DNA of 32,000 nucleotides from Candidatus Saccharimonadota bacterium. GTDB lineage: Bacteria > Pseudomonadota > Gammaproteobacteria > Enterobacterales > Enterobacteriaceae. The position numbers and the translations under genes are program-made. The notes below the pieces were generated by a model that worked only from the letters and a program-made list of their open reading frames with translations, did no database searches and was not told the origin of the DNA. The stretch spans positions 510,001 through 542,000 of the forward strand of contig NC_014909.2 of NCBI RefSeq assembly GCF_000185985.2. The letters are read 5' to 3'. Positions 8,921-19,518 of the stretch are shown piece by piece. Within the stretch, counting starts at the first letter, position 1; each line of letters opens with the position of its first letter.

Positions 8921-10396
8921 ATGACTTTACTTCAAAATCAACCTAATTTTTTTATTTACGATTACGAAACTTTCGGACTAAATCCAGCCCTAGATCGGCC
9001 TGCTCAATTCGCAGGAATACGAGTCGATGATAAATTGTGTCCAATAGCTAAAAAAGAAATTTTTTTTTGCCAAATACCCCATGATTATCTTCCCAATCCA
9101 GAATCTGTTCTTACTACAGGAATCACTCCTCAATATACTTTACAATATGGTTTAACAGAATCAGAGTTCGCATATCGTATCTTTAATATTTTTAACAAAC
9201 CAAACACATGTATAGTTGGATATAATAATATCAATTTTGATGATGAATTTACCCGACACACTTTTTATAGAAATTTTTGTGATCCTTATTTATGGGCATA
9301 TAATCATGGAAATTCTAGATGGGATTTATTACCTATATTAAGAGCTTACTATTCTCTATATCCTGAGAAAATCTATTGGCCTATCAACAACAAAAATAAA
9401 ATTAGTTTTCGACTAATTGACTTAACATACGCTAATCACATAGAACATTTAAACGTTCATGATGCAATGTCTGATGTATATGCTACCTTAGAAATTATGA
9501 AACTCACACAAAAAACTCACCCATATTTTTTTCAATTTTTATATAATCACCGTACTAAAGATCAATTAAAAAAAATAATCAATTTTGATTTTATTGATCC
9601 TTTAATTTTCATTTCTAATACAATAAACGATACATATAACAACTTTATAAAATTTTTAGCACCTATCTCTTGGCACCCTAACAATAAAAATATTCTTATA
9701 GCCTACGATTTAAATAGCAAACCAGACTTATTATTAAATTTAAACATAAACAAACTATATCAAAACTTATATCAAGGCACACAAAACTTATCTGATCTTT
9801 TTAAACAAATCCCATTACAATTAATCAAACTCAATTCGTGTCCTATTTTAATTCCAATTCATCTGATTAAAAAAGAAAACATCTTTTATTATAAAAATTC
9901 TTTATTTTCTTATTATCAATATTGTTTAAAAAATTTAAACTTCATTCAAACAAACATAAATCATACTTATTTAAAAAACAAAATCAAAACATTTTACACA
10001 ACAATTGAATCTTATTTCAAACTAAAACAAACATATCAAAAAGTTCATGTAGATAATCAATTATATTTCAAATTTTTCAATTTTTCTGATCGTCAACTAA
10101 TTAATAAAATTCGCAACACTAACATACAACAATTATCTAAAATAAAAATAAATAGTACTGATACGCGTCTAAAACTGTTATTTTTTTTTTATAAAGCTCG
10201 AAATTTTCCTTACAGCCTGAATGTAAAAGAACAAAAATCATGGCTAGACTATAAACGTCTACTACTTCAACAAAGCAAATTCCAAAATTATCTAACCAAT
10301 ATTGATAATCTTCTATTACATCAAAATAATTTAATTCAAATTAATCTCTTACACAAATTAAAACAATATTATAAACACTATTTAAATACTATTTAA
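8921..10396 (+). CDS. sbcB: exodeoxyribonuclease I (ExoI)
   Basis: 491-aa ORF colinear with E. coli SbcB. The DEDDh motifs are present: YDYETFG..PALDRPAQFA, GYNNINFDDEFTR, NSRWDLL and HDAMSDVYAT. The C-terminal block Y.ARNFP...EQ..W also matches. Confidence 0.94.
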   Translation: MTLLQNQPNFFIYDYETFGLNPALDRPAQFAGIRVDDKLCPIAKKEIFFCQIPHDYLPNPESVLTTGITPQYTLQYGLTESEFAYRIFNIFNKPNTCIVGYNNINFDDEFTRHTFYRNFCDPYLWAYNHGNSRWDLLPILRAYYSLYPEKIYWPINNKNKISFRLIDLTYANHIEHLNVHDAMSDVYATLEIMKLTQKTHPYFFQFLYNHRTKDQLKKIINFDFIDPLIFISNTINDTYNNFIKFLAPISWHPNNKNILIAYDLNSKPDLLLNLNINKLYQNLYQGTQNLSDLFKQIPLQLIKLNSCPILIPIHLIKKENIFYYKNSLFSYYQYCLKNLNFIQTNINHTYLKNKIKTFYTTIESYFKLKQTYQKVHVDNQLYFKFFNFSDRQLINKIRNTNIQQLSKIKINSTDTRLKLLFFFYKARNFPYSLNVKEQKSWLDYKRLLLQQSKFQNYLTNIDNLLLHQNNLIQINLLHKLKQYYKHYLNTI

Positions 10397-10697
10397 TAGT
10401 CATATTATCCATTGTATTATGGATAACAAATATATCAACAAAGAAAATTCATTAATTTCGGTGAAAAAATTTAATTGAAGTACAAATTATATACATAATA
10501 TATAAAGTAACTAAATAATATTTAATCCTATACAAATGTCATCAAATTAGATAAAATAACCAAATAAAAATTATCATTTAATCATCAATTACACATATTA
10601 ATTATAATACATTTTTTTAATAAAACTAAAATGCTTTTATTATACGTATACTAAATATTTTATTCATCATCATAGTATAGTGTCAAGGCCAAATATC

Positions 10698-11597
10698 ATG
10701 TTGAACAAATCAAGATTGCGAATTGCAATGCAAAAATCAGGCAGATTAAGTAAGGAGTCTAAACAACTATTAGAAAGATGTGGTATTAAAATCAATCTAC
10801 AACAACAACGCTTATTAGCATTTGCAGAAAATATGACTATTGACATCATGAGAGTAAGAGATGATGATATTCCAGGATTAATCATGGATGGAGTCGTCGA
10901 TTTAGGAATTATCGGAGAAAATGTGTTAGAAGAGGAATTATTAACCAGACGCTCGCAAGGAGAAAACCCTTGTTACATTAGATTAAGACGACTAGATTTT
11001 GGAGATTGTAGATTATCAATGGCCTTACCTGTAGATGATCCATGGGATGGTCCATTATGTTTGCAAGGAAAACGTATTGCTACCTCTTATCCGAATTTAT
11101 TAAAACAGTATTTAGACAAACTAGGAGTGTATTTTAAACCATGTTTATTAAATGGTTCCGTAGAAGTAGCTCCAAGAGCTGGACTAGCGGATGCAATTTG
11201 TGATCTCGTCTCAACTGGCGCAACATTAGAAGCTAATGGATTACGTGAAGTTGAAGTAATTTACCGATCTAAGGCATGTCTAATTCAACGACCTGGACAA
11301 TTATCTTATATGAAACAAACATTAGTAAATAAATTACTAATTAGAATACAAGGAGTGATCCAAGCTAGAGAATCTAAATATATCATGCTACATGCTCCTG
11401 CAGAACGATTAGAAGAAATTATTAATTTACTACCTGGAGCAGAAAGTCCTACAGTGCTACCATTAGCAGGGAACCAAGATCGCGTAGCGATATACATGGT
11501 AAGCAATGAAACATTATTTTGGGAAACTATGGAAAAATTAAAACATTTAGGAGCTAGTTCTATTTTAGTATTACCAATAGAAAAAATGATGGAATAA
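10698..11597 (+). CDS. hisG: ATP phosphoribosyltransferase (long form)
   Basis: [18 protein letters not shown]...[30 protein letters not shown]...[46 protein letters not shown]...[11 protein letters not shown] is very close to E. coli HisG. I place the start at ATG 10698, which has an AAGG about 9 nt upstream and the same spacing to RLRIAMQ as in E. coli. The track used the GTG at 10680. Confidence 0.96.
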   Translation: MLNKSRLRIAMQKSGRLSKESKQLLERCGIKINLQQQRLLAFAENMTIDIMRVRDDDIPGLIMDGVVDLGIIGENVLEEELLTRRSQGENPCYIRLRRLDFGDCRLSMALPVDDPWDGPLCLQGKRIATSYPNLLKQYLDKLGVYFKPCLLNGSVEVAPRAGLADAICDLVSTGATLEANGLREVEVIYRSKACLIQRPGQLSYMKQTLVNKLLIRIQGVIQARESKYIMLHAPAERLEEIINLLPGAESPTVLPLAGNQDRVAIYMVSNETLFWETMEKLKHLGASSILVLPIEKMME

Positions 11598-11602
11598 ATT
11601 TT

Positions 11603-12916
11603 ATGAATTTTGATAACTATCTTATACCCATTTATTGGGATCATTGTTCTTTATCTGAAAAAAAAATATTACTTACACGACCAGTACATAAAAATAAAAA
11701 TAAGGATATTTATTCAAACGTTAAACACATATTAGATCAAGTCTCTCAATATGGAGACAGCGCTTTAATACAATTTAATTTATATTTTGATTGTATTCAA
11801 ACAAAATATTTGAAAATCCCATCACAAACCATTAATAATTCAAAAAAATATTTATCAAATAAAACAAAACAAGCAATATGTTCTGCATTTAATAATATTC
11901 ATCAATTTCACCAAAAACAATACTTTTCAGAAATAGATTTAGAACCTATCCCTGGAGTACATTGTACACAAATAATTAGACCTTTAAATAAAGTTGGTTT
12001 ATATGTGCCAGGAGGTACTACTCCATTACCTTCAACAGTAATGATGTTAGGAATTCCTGCTCAAATCGCAAAATGTAAACGAGTAATATTATGTTCTCCT
12101 CCTCCTATTTCCAACATAATATTATACACTGCTCAACTCTGTAATATTACAGAAATCTATCAAGTAGGAGGAAGCCAAGCTATTGCTGCTATGGGATTTG
12201 GTACTCAATCTATTCCAAAAGTCAATAAAATTTTTGGTCCCGGAAATATTTGGGTTACTGAAGCTAAACGACAAATAAATTATAGAACTACAGATGTAGC
12301 CATAGATATGTTAGCTGGCCCATCTGAAATATTAATAATAGCCGACGAAACAGCTAACCCAATTTTTATTGCAGCAGATCTTTTATCTCAAGCAGAACAC
12401 GGACCAGATTCTCATGTTATTCTTATAACTCCTAATATAAATATCGCTACACAAACACGAAACGAAATATATAATCAAATAAAAAATCTCTCTCGTATTG
12501 ATATAATTAATAACTCATTAAAACATGGATGTATAATTATTACTAATAATATTATAGAATGTTTTGATATAAGCAATGATTATGCTCCAGAACACCTACT
12601 CATACACATTAAAAACGCTAATAACTATCTAAAATATATCACTAATGCGGGATCAATATTTCTAGGCAATTGGTCTCCAGAATCTGCTGGAGATTATGCA
12701 AGTGGACCTAATCATGTATTACCTACATATGGAAGTTCTGCTAATACATCCGGATTAGGAGTAACTGATTTTCAAAAAAAAATATCAGTTCAAGAATTAA
12801 CTCAAAATGGATTGATAAAATTATCAAAAACCATTATAACATTAGCACAAATTGAACAATTAAAAGCCCATGAATATGCTATCACACATCGGGTAAACTA
12901 TATAAAAAGGAAATGA
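11603..12916 (+). CDS. hisD: histidinol dehydrogenase
   Basis: 437-aa ORF. Blocks VGLY.PGG..PL.STV.ML..PA..A.CK.V.LCSPPP, KIFGPGN..VTEAKRQ, LLSQAEHGPDS and GDWSPESAGDYASG.NHVLPTYG are conserved relative to E. coli HisD. It starts 5 nt after the hisG stop. Confidence 0.96.
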   Translation: MNFDNYLIPIYWDHCSLSEKKILLTRPVHKNKNKDIYSNVKHILDQVSQYGDSALIQFNLYFDCIQTKYLKIPSQTINNSKKYLSNKTKQAICSAFNNIHQFHQKQYFSEIDLEPIPGVHCTQIIRPLNKVGLYVPGGTTPLPSTVMMLGIPAQIAKCKRVILCSPPPISNIILYTAQLCNITEIYQVGGSQAIAAMGFGTQSIPKVNKIFGPGNIWVTEAKRQINYRTTDVAIDMLAGPSEILIIADETANPIFIAADLLSQAEHGPDSHVILITPNINIATQTRNEIYNQIKNLSRIDIINNSLKHGCIIITNNIIECFDISNDYAPEHLLIHIKNANNYLKYITNAGSIFLGNWSPESAGDYASGPNHVLPTYGSSANTSGLGVTDFQKKISVQELTQNGLIKLSKTIITLAQIEQLKAHEYAITHRVNYIKRK

Positions 12917-12917
12917 A

Positions 12918-13988
12918 ATGAATATTCATTGTCTAGTTAGAAATCAGATATTAACTCTACAACCATATCAATCAGCTAGAAAATTTGAATATTCAGGAAA
13001 AATATGGCTCAACGCTAATGAACATCCCATAGCTCCTCATTATAAATATAGTAATACAAATAATTTAAACCGCTATCCAATGTGTCAACCAAAAGAATTA
13101 ATACATAATTATGCGACTTATTCTGGAGTACAAAATAATCAAGTTTTAGTTTCAAGAGGATCTGATGAAGGGATTGAATTACTCATGAAAGTTTTTTGCG
13201 ATCCAAATAAAGATACTATCATTTTCTGCCCTCCAACTTATGGCATGTATAAAACTAGCGCAGAAATTTTAGGAATTAATTACCGAATGATTCCTACTAT
13301 AAATAACTGGCAATTAAACTTATCATCTATCGCATCGCAATTAAATCATGTCAAATTAATATATATTTGTCATCCAAATAATCCTACTGGAAATATTATT
13401 AATATAAATAGTATAATAAAATTATTAAAAATCGTTGAAAATAAAGCTTTATTAATCATTGATGAAGCATACATTGATTTTTGCTCTAATAACAGCCTAG
13501 TCAAACTACTATCAATACACCCAAATTTAATTATTCTTAGAACTTTATCGAAAGCTTTTGCTTTAGCAGGATTGCGTTGTGGATTTACTTTAGCTAATGC
13601 AGAGATAATTAAATTACTAAAAAAAGTAATCGCTCCTTATCCTATACCTACTCCAGTGATCGATATAGCTACTCAAGCGCTCACTCCTGAAGGGATTAAA
13701 TATACTCAAATCAGAATAAAACAAATTCACAATAATCGTCACATATTAATAGAAGGTCTAAAAAGATGTTCCTGTGTTCAAACAATATTTCCTAGTTGCA
13801 CTAATTACATACTAGTAAAATTTACTCCCAAATATCAAGTGTTTAAAAAATTATTACAGCAAGGAATCATATTAAGAGATCAAAGTTATCAATGGGGATT
13901 GACAAATTGTTTACGTATTACCATTGGATCATATGAAGAATGCCAACAAATAATTTCTATTTTACAAAATGAACAATTCTACACTTAA
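12918..13988 (+). CDS. hisC: histidinol-phosphate aminotransferase
   Basis: 356-aa ORF with class II aminotransferase features: LNANE.P, RYP, PTYGMY, NNPTG, IDEAY.DF, and LSKAF.LAG.R.G containing the PLP lysine. It occupies the hisC position in the his operon and starts 1 nt after the hisD stop. Confidence 0.94.
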   Translation: MNIHCLVRNQILTLQPYQSARKFEYSGKIWLNANEHPIAPHYKYSNTNNLNRYPMCQPKELIHNYATYSGVQNNQVLVSRGSDEGIELLMKVFCDPNKDTIIFCPPTYGMYKTSAEILGINYRMIPTINNWQLNLSSIASQLNHVKLIYICHPNNPTGNIININSIIKLLKIVENKALLIIDEAYIDFCSNNSLVKLLSIHPNLIILRTLSKAFALAGLRCGFTLANAEIIKLLKKVIAPYPIPTPVIDIATQALTPEGIKYTQIRIKQIHNNRHILIEGLKRCSCVQTIFPSCTNYILVKFTPKYQVFKKLLQQGIILRDQSYQWGLTNCLRITIGSYEECQQIISILQNEQFYT

Positions 13989-14010
13989 TGAAACAAAACA
14001 TGGAGTTATC

Positions 14011-15087
14011 ATGAATGATAATAAAATACTATTTATAGATCGAGATGGCACTTTAATTCATGAACCGGAAAATAATTTTCAAATTGATTCATTAGAAAAA
14101 CTATCGTTAGAACCCTACGTTATTCCTGTTCTTACAACATTAAAAAATATCGGTTTTAAATTTATAATAGTGACAAATCAAAATGGATTAGGAAGCCTGA
14201 CATTTCCCTACAATAAATTTAACAAACCTCATCAAACAATGATTCAAATTTTTAAATCACAAGGCATTATATTTGACCAAATATTAATTTGTCCACACTT
14301 ACCTGAAGCACAATGTAATTGCCGAAAACCAAACATTGGTCTAGTATCTAAATGGTTAAAAAATAAACTACTAAACAAATTCAACAGCTATGTAATTGGA
14401 GATAGAGATACTGATATGCAACTTGCTACTAATATGGGAATTCAAGGAATACAATATCATCAAAAAAATTTTAATTGGATACAAGTACAAAATCATATAA
14501 CTCAAAATAGCTATAGATCTGCCCATATTCAACGTATCACTAATGAAACTAACGTAGATATCAAAATATGGCTTGATCAGTATAAAAAAAACTACATCAA
14601 TACTGGAATTAATTTTTTTAATCACATGTTGGAACAAATAGCTATTCATGCAAAAATCCGAATACATATTATAGTACAAGGAGATTTACACATTGATGAT
14701 CATCATACAATTGAAGACACCGCGTCAGTATTAGGAGAAGCTATAAAAAAATCATTAGGAGAAAAAAAAGGCATTGGTCGTTTTGGGTTTACCCTTCCAA
14801 TGGACGAGTGTACTGCACACTGCATATTAGATTTATCTGGACGAGCATATTTAGATTATCAAGCACAATATGATTTTCAAAAAATAGGGGATTTAAGTAG
14901 CAATATGATAGAACACTTCTTTAGATCATTATCCTTAAAAATGGAGTGCACGTTACACTTAAAAGCACATGGAAAAAATGACCATCATAAAGCAGAAAGC
15001 TTATTTAAAGCGTTTGGGCAAACATTACGTCAAGCAATACATATATATGATAATCATGTCCTCAGCTCTAAAGGCACTTTAATATGA
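14011..15087 (+). CDS. hisB: bifunctional histidinol-phosphatase / imidazoleglycerol-phosphate dehydratase
   Basis: MNDNKILFIDRDGTLI.EP carries the HAD DxD motif. Other matches to E. coli HisB are CPH.P...C.CRKP, INTG..FF.HML.QIA.H, DDHHT.EDT and GKNDHH..ESLFKAFG..LRQA. I prefer the ATG at 14011, which is preceded by GGAG at 14002-14005. The track's ATG at 13969 would add 14 unmatched residues. Confidence 0.95.
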   Translation: MNDNKILFIDRDGTLIHEPENNFQIDSLEKLSLEPYVIPVLTTLKNIGFKFIIVTNQNGLGSLTFPYNKFNKPHQTMIQIFKSQGIIFDQILICPHLPEAQCNCRKPNIGLVSKWLKNKLLNKFNSYVIGDRDTDMQLATNMGIQGIQYHQKNFNWIQVQNHITQNSYRSAHIQRITNETNVDIKIWLDQYKKNYINTGINFFNHMLEQIAIHAKIRIHIIVQGDLHIDDHHTIEDTASVLGEAIKKSLGEKKGIGRFGFTLPMDECTAHCILDLSGRAYLDYQAQYDFQKIGDLSSNMIEHFFRSLSLKMECTLHLKAHGKNDHHKAESLFKAFGQTLRQAIHIYDNHVLSSKGTLI

Positions 15088-15674
15088 AAATAGTAATCAT
15101 TGATACTAAATGCTCAAATTTATTCTCTGTAAAAACTATACTAAAAAGATTAGGATGCAATCCAAAAATTACTAATAACCCTGACATCATATTAAAGGCA
15201 AATAAACTATTTTTGCCAGGTGTAGGCACTGCATTTACAGCTATGCAACAACTAGAAAAAACCAATCTTGTTCAATTAATCAAAAATTGCACTCAACCAA
15301 TTTTGGGTATTTGCTTAGGAATGCAATTATTTGGATCAATCAGCGAAGAAAATGATAACATAAAAACTTTAGGAATTATTAATACTCCTGTGATACGCAT
15401 AAAATATAAAAAATTATCGGTACCACATATGGGATGGAACAACATTATTTTTTTAAAAAAACATCCTTTATTTCATGGTATAAAAAATAATCATTTTTTC
15501 TATTTTGCACATAGTTATATTATGAAATTAACTCAATCAACTATTGCCTATACTAAATACGGAGAATTATTCAGCGCAGCGATAGCATATAAAAATTTTT
15601 TAGGCGTACAATTTCATCCAGAAAAATCAAGCGCCCCCGGAAAACAATTGCTTAAAAATTTTTTGGAGATGTAA
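15084..15674 (+). CDS. hisH: imidazole glycerol phosphate synthase, glutaminase subunit
   Basis: 196-aa ORF. KLFLPGVGTA, QPILGICLGMQL (catalytic Cys), PHMGWN and GVQFHPEKS...G..LLKNFLEM match E. coli HisH. The start overlaps the hisB stop (ATGA). Confidence 0.96.
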   Translation: MKIVIIDTKCSNLFSVKTILKRLGCNPKITNNPDIILKANKLFLPGVGTAFTAMQQLEKTNLVQLIKNCTQPILGICLGMQLFGSISEENDNIKTLGIINTPVIRIKYKKLSVPHMGWNNIIFLKKHPLFHGIKNNHFFYFAHSYIMKLTQSTIAYTKYGELFSAAIAYKNFLGVQFHPEKSSAPGKQLLKNFLEM

Positions 15675-15677
15675 TAT

Positions 15678-16439
15678 ATGATTATCCCCGCTTTAGATAT
15701 TATAAATGGAAATGCAGTAAGATTATATCAAGGTAATTATCAAGCTCAATCCAATTATGGAGATCCTGTAAATATTTTACAAAAATATATACAACAAGGA
15801 GCTACAATAATTCATTTAGTAGACCTATCAGGAGCAAAAAATCCGAAAAATAAACAAACTTCATTAATTAACAAATTAATTCAAAAAACTAAAAAATCTG
15901 ACTCTAAAGTAAAAATACAAATAGGAGGAGGTATACGTAGCGCTCTAGATATAAAAAATTTATTAAAATCAGGAGCAAATCGTATAATATTAGGGTCCAT
16001 AGCTATTACACATCCAAAAGAAACAAAAAAATGGTTTACATACTTTGATCCTGATATTTTAGTCTTAGCACTAGATGTATATATTGATTTTAATAAAAAT
16101 AAAAAAATAGCAATTCACGGATGGCAAAAAAAAACCGATATACAATTAGAACAAGTAATACAAGAATATAATCTTGTAGGTTTAAAACACGTATTATGTA
16201 CGGATATTTTAAGAGATGGCGCTTTATTAGGTAGTAATATTAATTTATATAAATCAATATGCCAAATCTGGCCAAATATATTTTTTCAAGCTTCTGGAGG
16301 CACTATTCAATTAACTGAAATATTTAAATTAAAACAGGCCGGAGTTAACAGCATTATTATCGGTCGAGCCCTATTAGAAAATAAATTTACCCTTAACGAG
16401 GCTATATCATGTTGGCAAAACGCATCATCCCTTGTTTAG
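15678..16439 (+). CDS. hisA: ProFAR isomerase (1-(5-phosphoribosyl)-5-[(5-phosphoribosylamino)methylideneamino]imidazole-4-carboxamide isomerase)
   Basis: 253-aa [49 protein letters not shown] and GRALLE.KF...EAI.CWQN match E. coli HisA. Confidence 0.95.
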   Translation: MIIPALDIINGNAVRLYQGNYQAQSNYGDPVNILQKYIQQGATIIHLVDLSGAKNPKNKQTSLINKLIQKTKKSDSKVKIQIGGGIRSALDIKNLLKSGANRIILGSIAITHPKETKKWFTYFDPDILVLALDVYIDFNKNKKIAIHGWQKKTDIQLEQVIQEYNLVGLKHVLCTDILRDGALLGSNINLYKSICQIWPNIFFQASGGTIQLTEIFKLKQAGVNSIIIGRALLENKFTLNEAISCWQNASSLV

Positions 16440-17185
16440 ATGTAAAAAATAACCAAGTCATTAAAGGAGTGCAATTCCGAAATCATGAAATAGTAGGCGA
16501 CATTGTATCGTTAGCCCAACATTACGCAAAATCAGGAGCAGATGAATTAGTGTTTTACGATATATCAGCATCTCCTTACAACAAAATAGTAGATAAAAAA
16601 TGGATATTAAAAGTTGCTAAAGTTATTGATATTCCATTCTGCGTTGCTGGAGGGATCAACACTATAACTCAAGCTAAACAAATATTAAAATTCGGAGCAG
16701 ATAAAATCTCAATAAATTCTCCAGCTTTAATGAATCCATCATTAATTCAGGATTTAGCTGAACATCTAGGAACACAATGCGTGGTAGTCGGGGTCGACAT
16801 TTGGTTTAACTCTACAGAAAATATCTATCAAGTTAAATGTTTCAGTGGAGATAGTCATCATATGAAATCTACCCCATGGAAAGTATTAGATTGGATTAAA
16901 AAAATTCAAGAATATGGAGCTGGAGAAATTGTGCTTAACATAATGAATCAAGATGGCATGAAAAATGGTTATGATTTACATCAATTATTAGAAATTCGAA
17001 AACATTGTAAAATACCTTTAATTGCTTCCGGAGGGGCTGGATCTTTTCAACATTTTTTAGATGTTTTTAATTACTCTAAAGTAGATGGGGCTCTAGCAGC
17101 TTCTGTTTTTCATAAGAACATTATCAAAATTACTGAATTAAAAAAATTTTTATTTAAAAAAGGGGTGAAAGTTAGATTATGTTAA
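16409..17185 (+). CDS. hisF: imidazole glycerol phosphate synthase, cyclase subunit
   Basis: [12 protein letters not shown]....[72 protein letters not shown] and PLIASGGAG...HF...F......[11 protein letters not shown] are all close to E. coli HisF. The gene overlaps the hisA 3' end by 31 nt. Confidence 0.97.
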   Translation: MLAKRIIPCLDVKNNQVIKGVQFRNHEIVGDIVSLAQHYAKSGADELVFYDISASPYNKIVDKKWILKVAKVIDIPFCVAGGINTITQAKQILKFGADKISINSPALMNPSLIQDLAEHLGTQCVVVGVDIWFNSTENIYQVKCFSGDSHHMKSTPWKVLDWIKKIQEYGAGEIVLNIMNQDGMKNGYDLHQLLEIRKHCKIPLIASGGAGSFQHFLDVFNYSKVDGALAASVFHKNIIKITELKKFLFKKGVKVRLC

Positions 17186-17838
17186 ACAATAATGATAAAC
17201 AGCACGAATTAAATTGGATTAAAAATAATGGATTAATTCCAGCTATTATACAACATTCAGTTTCAGGAGAAATATTAATGTTAGGATATATGAATAAGCA
17301 ATCAATGTCCGAAACTGAAAAAACAGGGTATGTTACTTTCTTTTCAAGAAGTAAAAATCGATTATGGGTTAAAGGAGAAACCTCTGGAAATTTACTAAAA
17401 TTTATAAATTGGTATCCAGATTGTGATTCAGATTCATTATTAATTTTAGTATTACCTCAAGGCTATACTTGTCATAAAAATACTAGCAGTTGTTTTTATC
17501 CCGCATCTACTGATTTTAGTTTTTTATATCAATTAGAAAATATTATATCTATGAAAAAAAAACATAATTATGCATTAACCCAAAATCAAAAAGAATTATC
17601 ATCATATACATCTGATCTTTATTCTAATGGTATTGAACGTATAGCCCAAAAAGTTGGAGAAGAAGGTTTAGAAACTGCTCTAGCTGCAGTCTCTCGTAAT
17701 TCAACAGCACTAGTTAATGAAGCAGCGGATTTAATTTATCATTTATTAGTTTTGTTACAACATGAATCATTAACTTTTAACAAAATTATTCAAGAATTAA
17801 AAAATAGAAATAAATTAAAAAATAAAAAAATTAATTAA
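17179..17838 (+). CDS. hisI: bifunctional phosphoribosyl-AMP cyclohydrolase / phosphoribosyl-ATP pyrophosphatase (HisIE)
   Basis: 219-aa ORF. GL.PAI.QH.VSGE.LMLGYMN, VTFFSR.K.RLW.KGETSGN, PDCD.D.LL.L and CH..TSSCF match the cyclohydrolase half. [16 protein letters not shown] and [11 protein letters not shown] match the pyrophosphatase half. The gene overlaps the hisF stop by 7 nt. Confidence 0.95.
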   Translation: MLNNNDKQHELNWIKNNGLIPAIIQHSVSGEILMLGYMNKQSMSETEKTGYVTFFSRSKNRLWVKGETSGNLLKFINWYPDCDSDSLLILVLPQGYTCHKNTSSCFYPASTDFSFLYQLENIISMKKKHNYALTQNQKELSSYTSDLYSNGIERIAQKVGEEGLETALAAVSRNSTALVNEAADLIYHLLVLLQHESLTFNKIIQELKNRNKLKNKKIN

Positions 17839-18017
17839 AAAATCAAGAGAATTATATATTATTATACATAATAATACTTTCCACATTACAATTAAAACTA
17901 AAAAACAACTCTATGTTAATACTACAATATTGATAAATTTGGATTAATATTATTTACTTTAATTTAAATTTTAAAACTACAAATTTAAATTAAATTAACT
18001 ATCTAACGTACAAACAA

Positions 18018-18067
18018 ATAAATATATCAATGTGTATACAACACATTGATATATTTATATTTTTTTA
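18018..18067. terminator. Rho-independent-type terminator between the convergent his operon and gnd (18-bp perfect stem, 5-nt loop, T7 tract)
   Basis: ataaatatatcaatgtgt (18018-18035) is the exact reverse complement of acacattgatatatttat (18041-18058), and the loop is ataca. On the plus strand the stem is followed by at+ttttttt (18061-18067). On the minus strand it lies 33 nt after the gnd stop and is followed by ttgtttgt. Confidence 0.65.
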
Positions 18068-18090
18068 TAAAAAAACAATTAAACTTTCTA

Positions 18091-19518
18091 CTAATCCAAG
18101 TAACTCCATTGTGTATGAAATACTCCAGGCTTATCTAAACGACAATAAGTATGAGCCCCAAAATAATCTCTTTGTGCTTGAATAAGATTAGCAGGTAATT
18201 TAGCACTACGATAACTATCGTAGTACGATATTGCAGAAGATAACGCAGGCATGGCAATACCATAACTAATTCCACAAGAAACAATTTCTCTTAAAGATTG
18301 CTGATATTTATTTGCAATATTTACACAATACGGCGCTAACAATAAATTCTCAATTCCCGGCGTTATAGAATAAATATCTATAATATTTTGTAAAAATTTA
18401 GAACGAATAATACAGCCAGATCTAAAAATTTTCGCAATTTTCTCAAAATTTAAATTCCAATTATTATGTATAGAACTTACTCTAAGTTGATAAAAACCTT
18501 GTGTATATAAAATAATTTTACTTAAATATAAAGCTTGTCGAGCCTTTTCAATCCAATTATCCACACTTTCTGTAAAAATATTAACGTTATTATTAATAGG
18601 ACTTAATAATATTGTTGATGCTTTAACACGTTGCTCTTTTAACATAGATAAATAACGAGCAAAAACTGCCTCAGTAATCATAGTTACAGGAATCTCCAAG
18701 TCTAAAGCATCTTTAGTAGACCAAGCTCCTGTGCCTTTGTTTCCAGCAACATCAAGTATATACTCTAAAACAGGCAAATTTGTTTCTTCATCTTTTTTCA
18801 TAAAAATCTTAGTAGTGATATCCATAAGATAACTATTTAATTCCCCTTGATTCCATGAATTAAAAACTTTTATTAATTGACTATAAGTCAAACACAGTAC
18901 TTGTTTTAAAAAACAATATATTTCAGAAATTATTTGCATATCTCCGTATTCTATGCCATTATGTACCATTTTAACATAATGACCAGATCCATTTGGCCCA
19001 ATATACTCAACACAAGCCTCATTATCAATACGAGCAGCAATTTTTTTTAACAAACAAGATATGATATCATAAGCATCTTTTGATCCTCCAGGCATTAAAG
19101 ATGGTCCTTTCAGCGCTCCTTCTTCTCCTCCGGAAATTCCTAATCCAATAAAATGTATTTTTTTCTCTAATAACTTTAAACTACGCCGAATAGTATCTTT
19201 ATAAAAAGAGTTTCCTCCATCAATCAACACATCACCATCGTCTACATAATTTAATAAAGATTGAATTAAGTAATCTACACAACTTCCTGAAGTAATCATC
19301 AAAAATATTAATCTTGGTTTTTGTAATGCACAAACAAATTTTTCAAGAGAAAAATAAGGAGTAAGATTTTTTTTTAAATTATTTTGAATTATTTGTGTAG
19401 TCTTACCTGAAGAACGATTATAAATTGCGACATTATAACCTTTGCTCTCAATATTCAATGCTAAATTTCGACCCATAGTTCCCATACCTACAACACCAAT
19501 TTCTTGTTTTTTTAACAT
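18091..19518 (-). CDS. gnd: 6-phosphogluconate dehydrogenase (decarboxylating)
   Basis: IGVVGM..MGRNLALNIES.GY.V.I.NRS, GG.S....TIRR, G.G.SGGEEGALKGPS.MPGG, GHYVKMVHNGIEYGDMQ.I.E, NKGTG.W and ANLIQAQRDYFGAHTY.R.DK.GVFHT.W are colinear with E. coli Gnd. I place the start at ATG 19518, which has AGGGG 4 nt upstream. The track began two codons earlier at a GTG. Confidence 0.96.
   Translation of the reverse strand: MLKKQEIGVVGMGTMGRNLALNIESKGYNVAIYNRSSGKTTQIIQNNLKKNLTPYFSLEKFVCALQKPRLIFLMITSGSCVDYLIQSLLNYVDDGDVLIDGGNSFYKDTIRRSLKLLEKKIHFIGLGISGGEEGALKGPSLMPGGSKDAYDIISCLLKKIAARIDNEACVEYIGPNGSGHYVKMVHNGIEYGDMQIISEIYCFLKQVLCLTYSQLIKVFNSWNQGELNSYLMDITTKIFMKKDEETNLPVLEYILDVAGNKGTGAWSTKDALDLEIPVTMITEAVFARYLSMLKEQRVKASTILLSPINNNVNIFTESVDNWIEKARQALYLSKIILYTQGFYQLRVSSIHNNWNLNFEKIAKIFRSGCIIRSKFLQNIIDIYSITPGIENLLLAPYCVNIANKYQQSLREIVSCGISYGIAMPALSSAISYYDSYRSAKLPANLIQAQRDYFGAHTYCRLDKPGVFHTQWSYLD

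Noticed and set aside
10665-10697. CAT CAT CAT run and GTG start just upstream of hisG, considered as a hisL remnant or an alternative hisG start
   Set aside because: There are only three His codons and no start codon upstream in that frame (a stop lies at 10605). The run sits 25 nt from the hisG ATG rather than in a separate leader with an attenuator. The spacing to the conserved RLRIAMQ motif matches E. coli only if the ATG at 10698 is the start.
10670-10885. 71-aa minus-strand ORF
   Set aside because: It lies mostly antisense to the highly conserved 5' part of hisG (its 3' end extends into the upstream spacer) and has no homology signal. It is a shadow ORF.
11306-11644. 112-aa minus-strand ORF
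   Set aside because: It is antisense to the hisG 3' end and the hisD start, both of which are unambiguous. It is a shadow ORF.
13969-14010. Upstream ATG giving a 14-aa longer HisB that overlaps hisC by 20 nt
   Set aside because: The extra residues (MNNSTLNETKHGVI) have no counterpart in HisB. The ATG at 14011 has a GGAG 6 nt upstream and gives the canonical short N-terminus before FIDRDGT. I cannot fully exclude the upstream start.
14371-14679. 102-aa minus-strand ORF
   Set aside because: It is antisense to hisB. It is rich in I, Y, F and N, as expected for the reverse frame of an AT-rich gene.
15068-15265. 65-aa minus-strand ORF
   Set aside because: It is antisense to the hisB/hisH junction and has no independent support.
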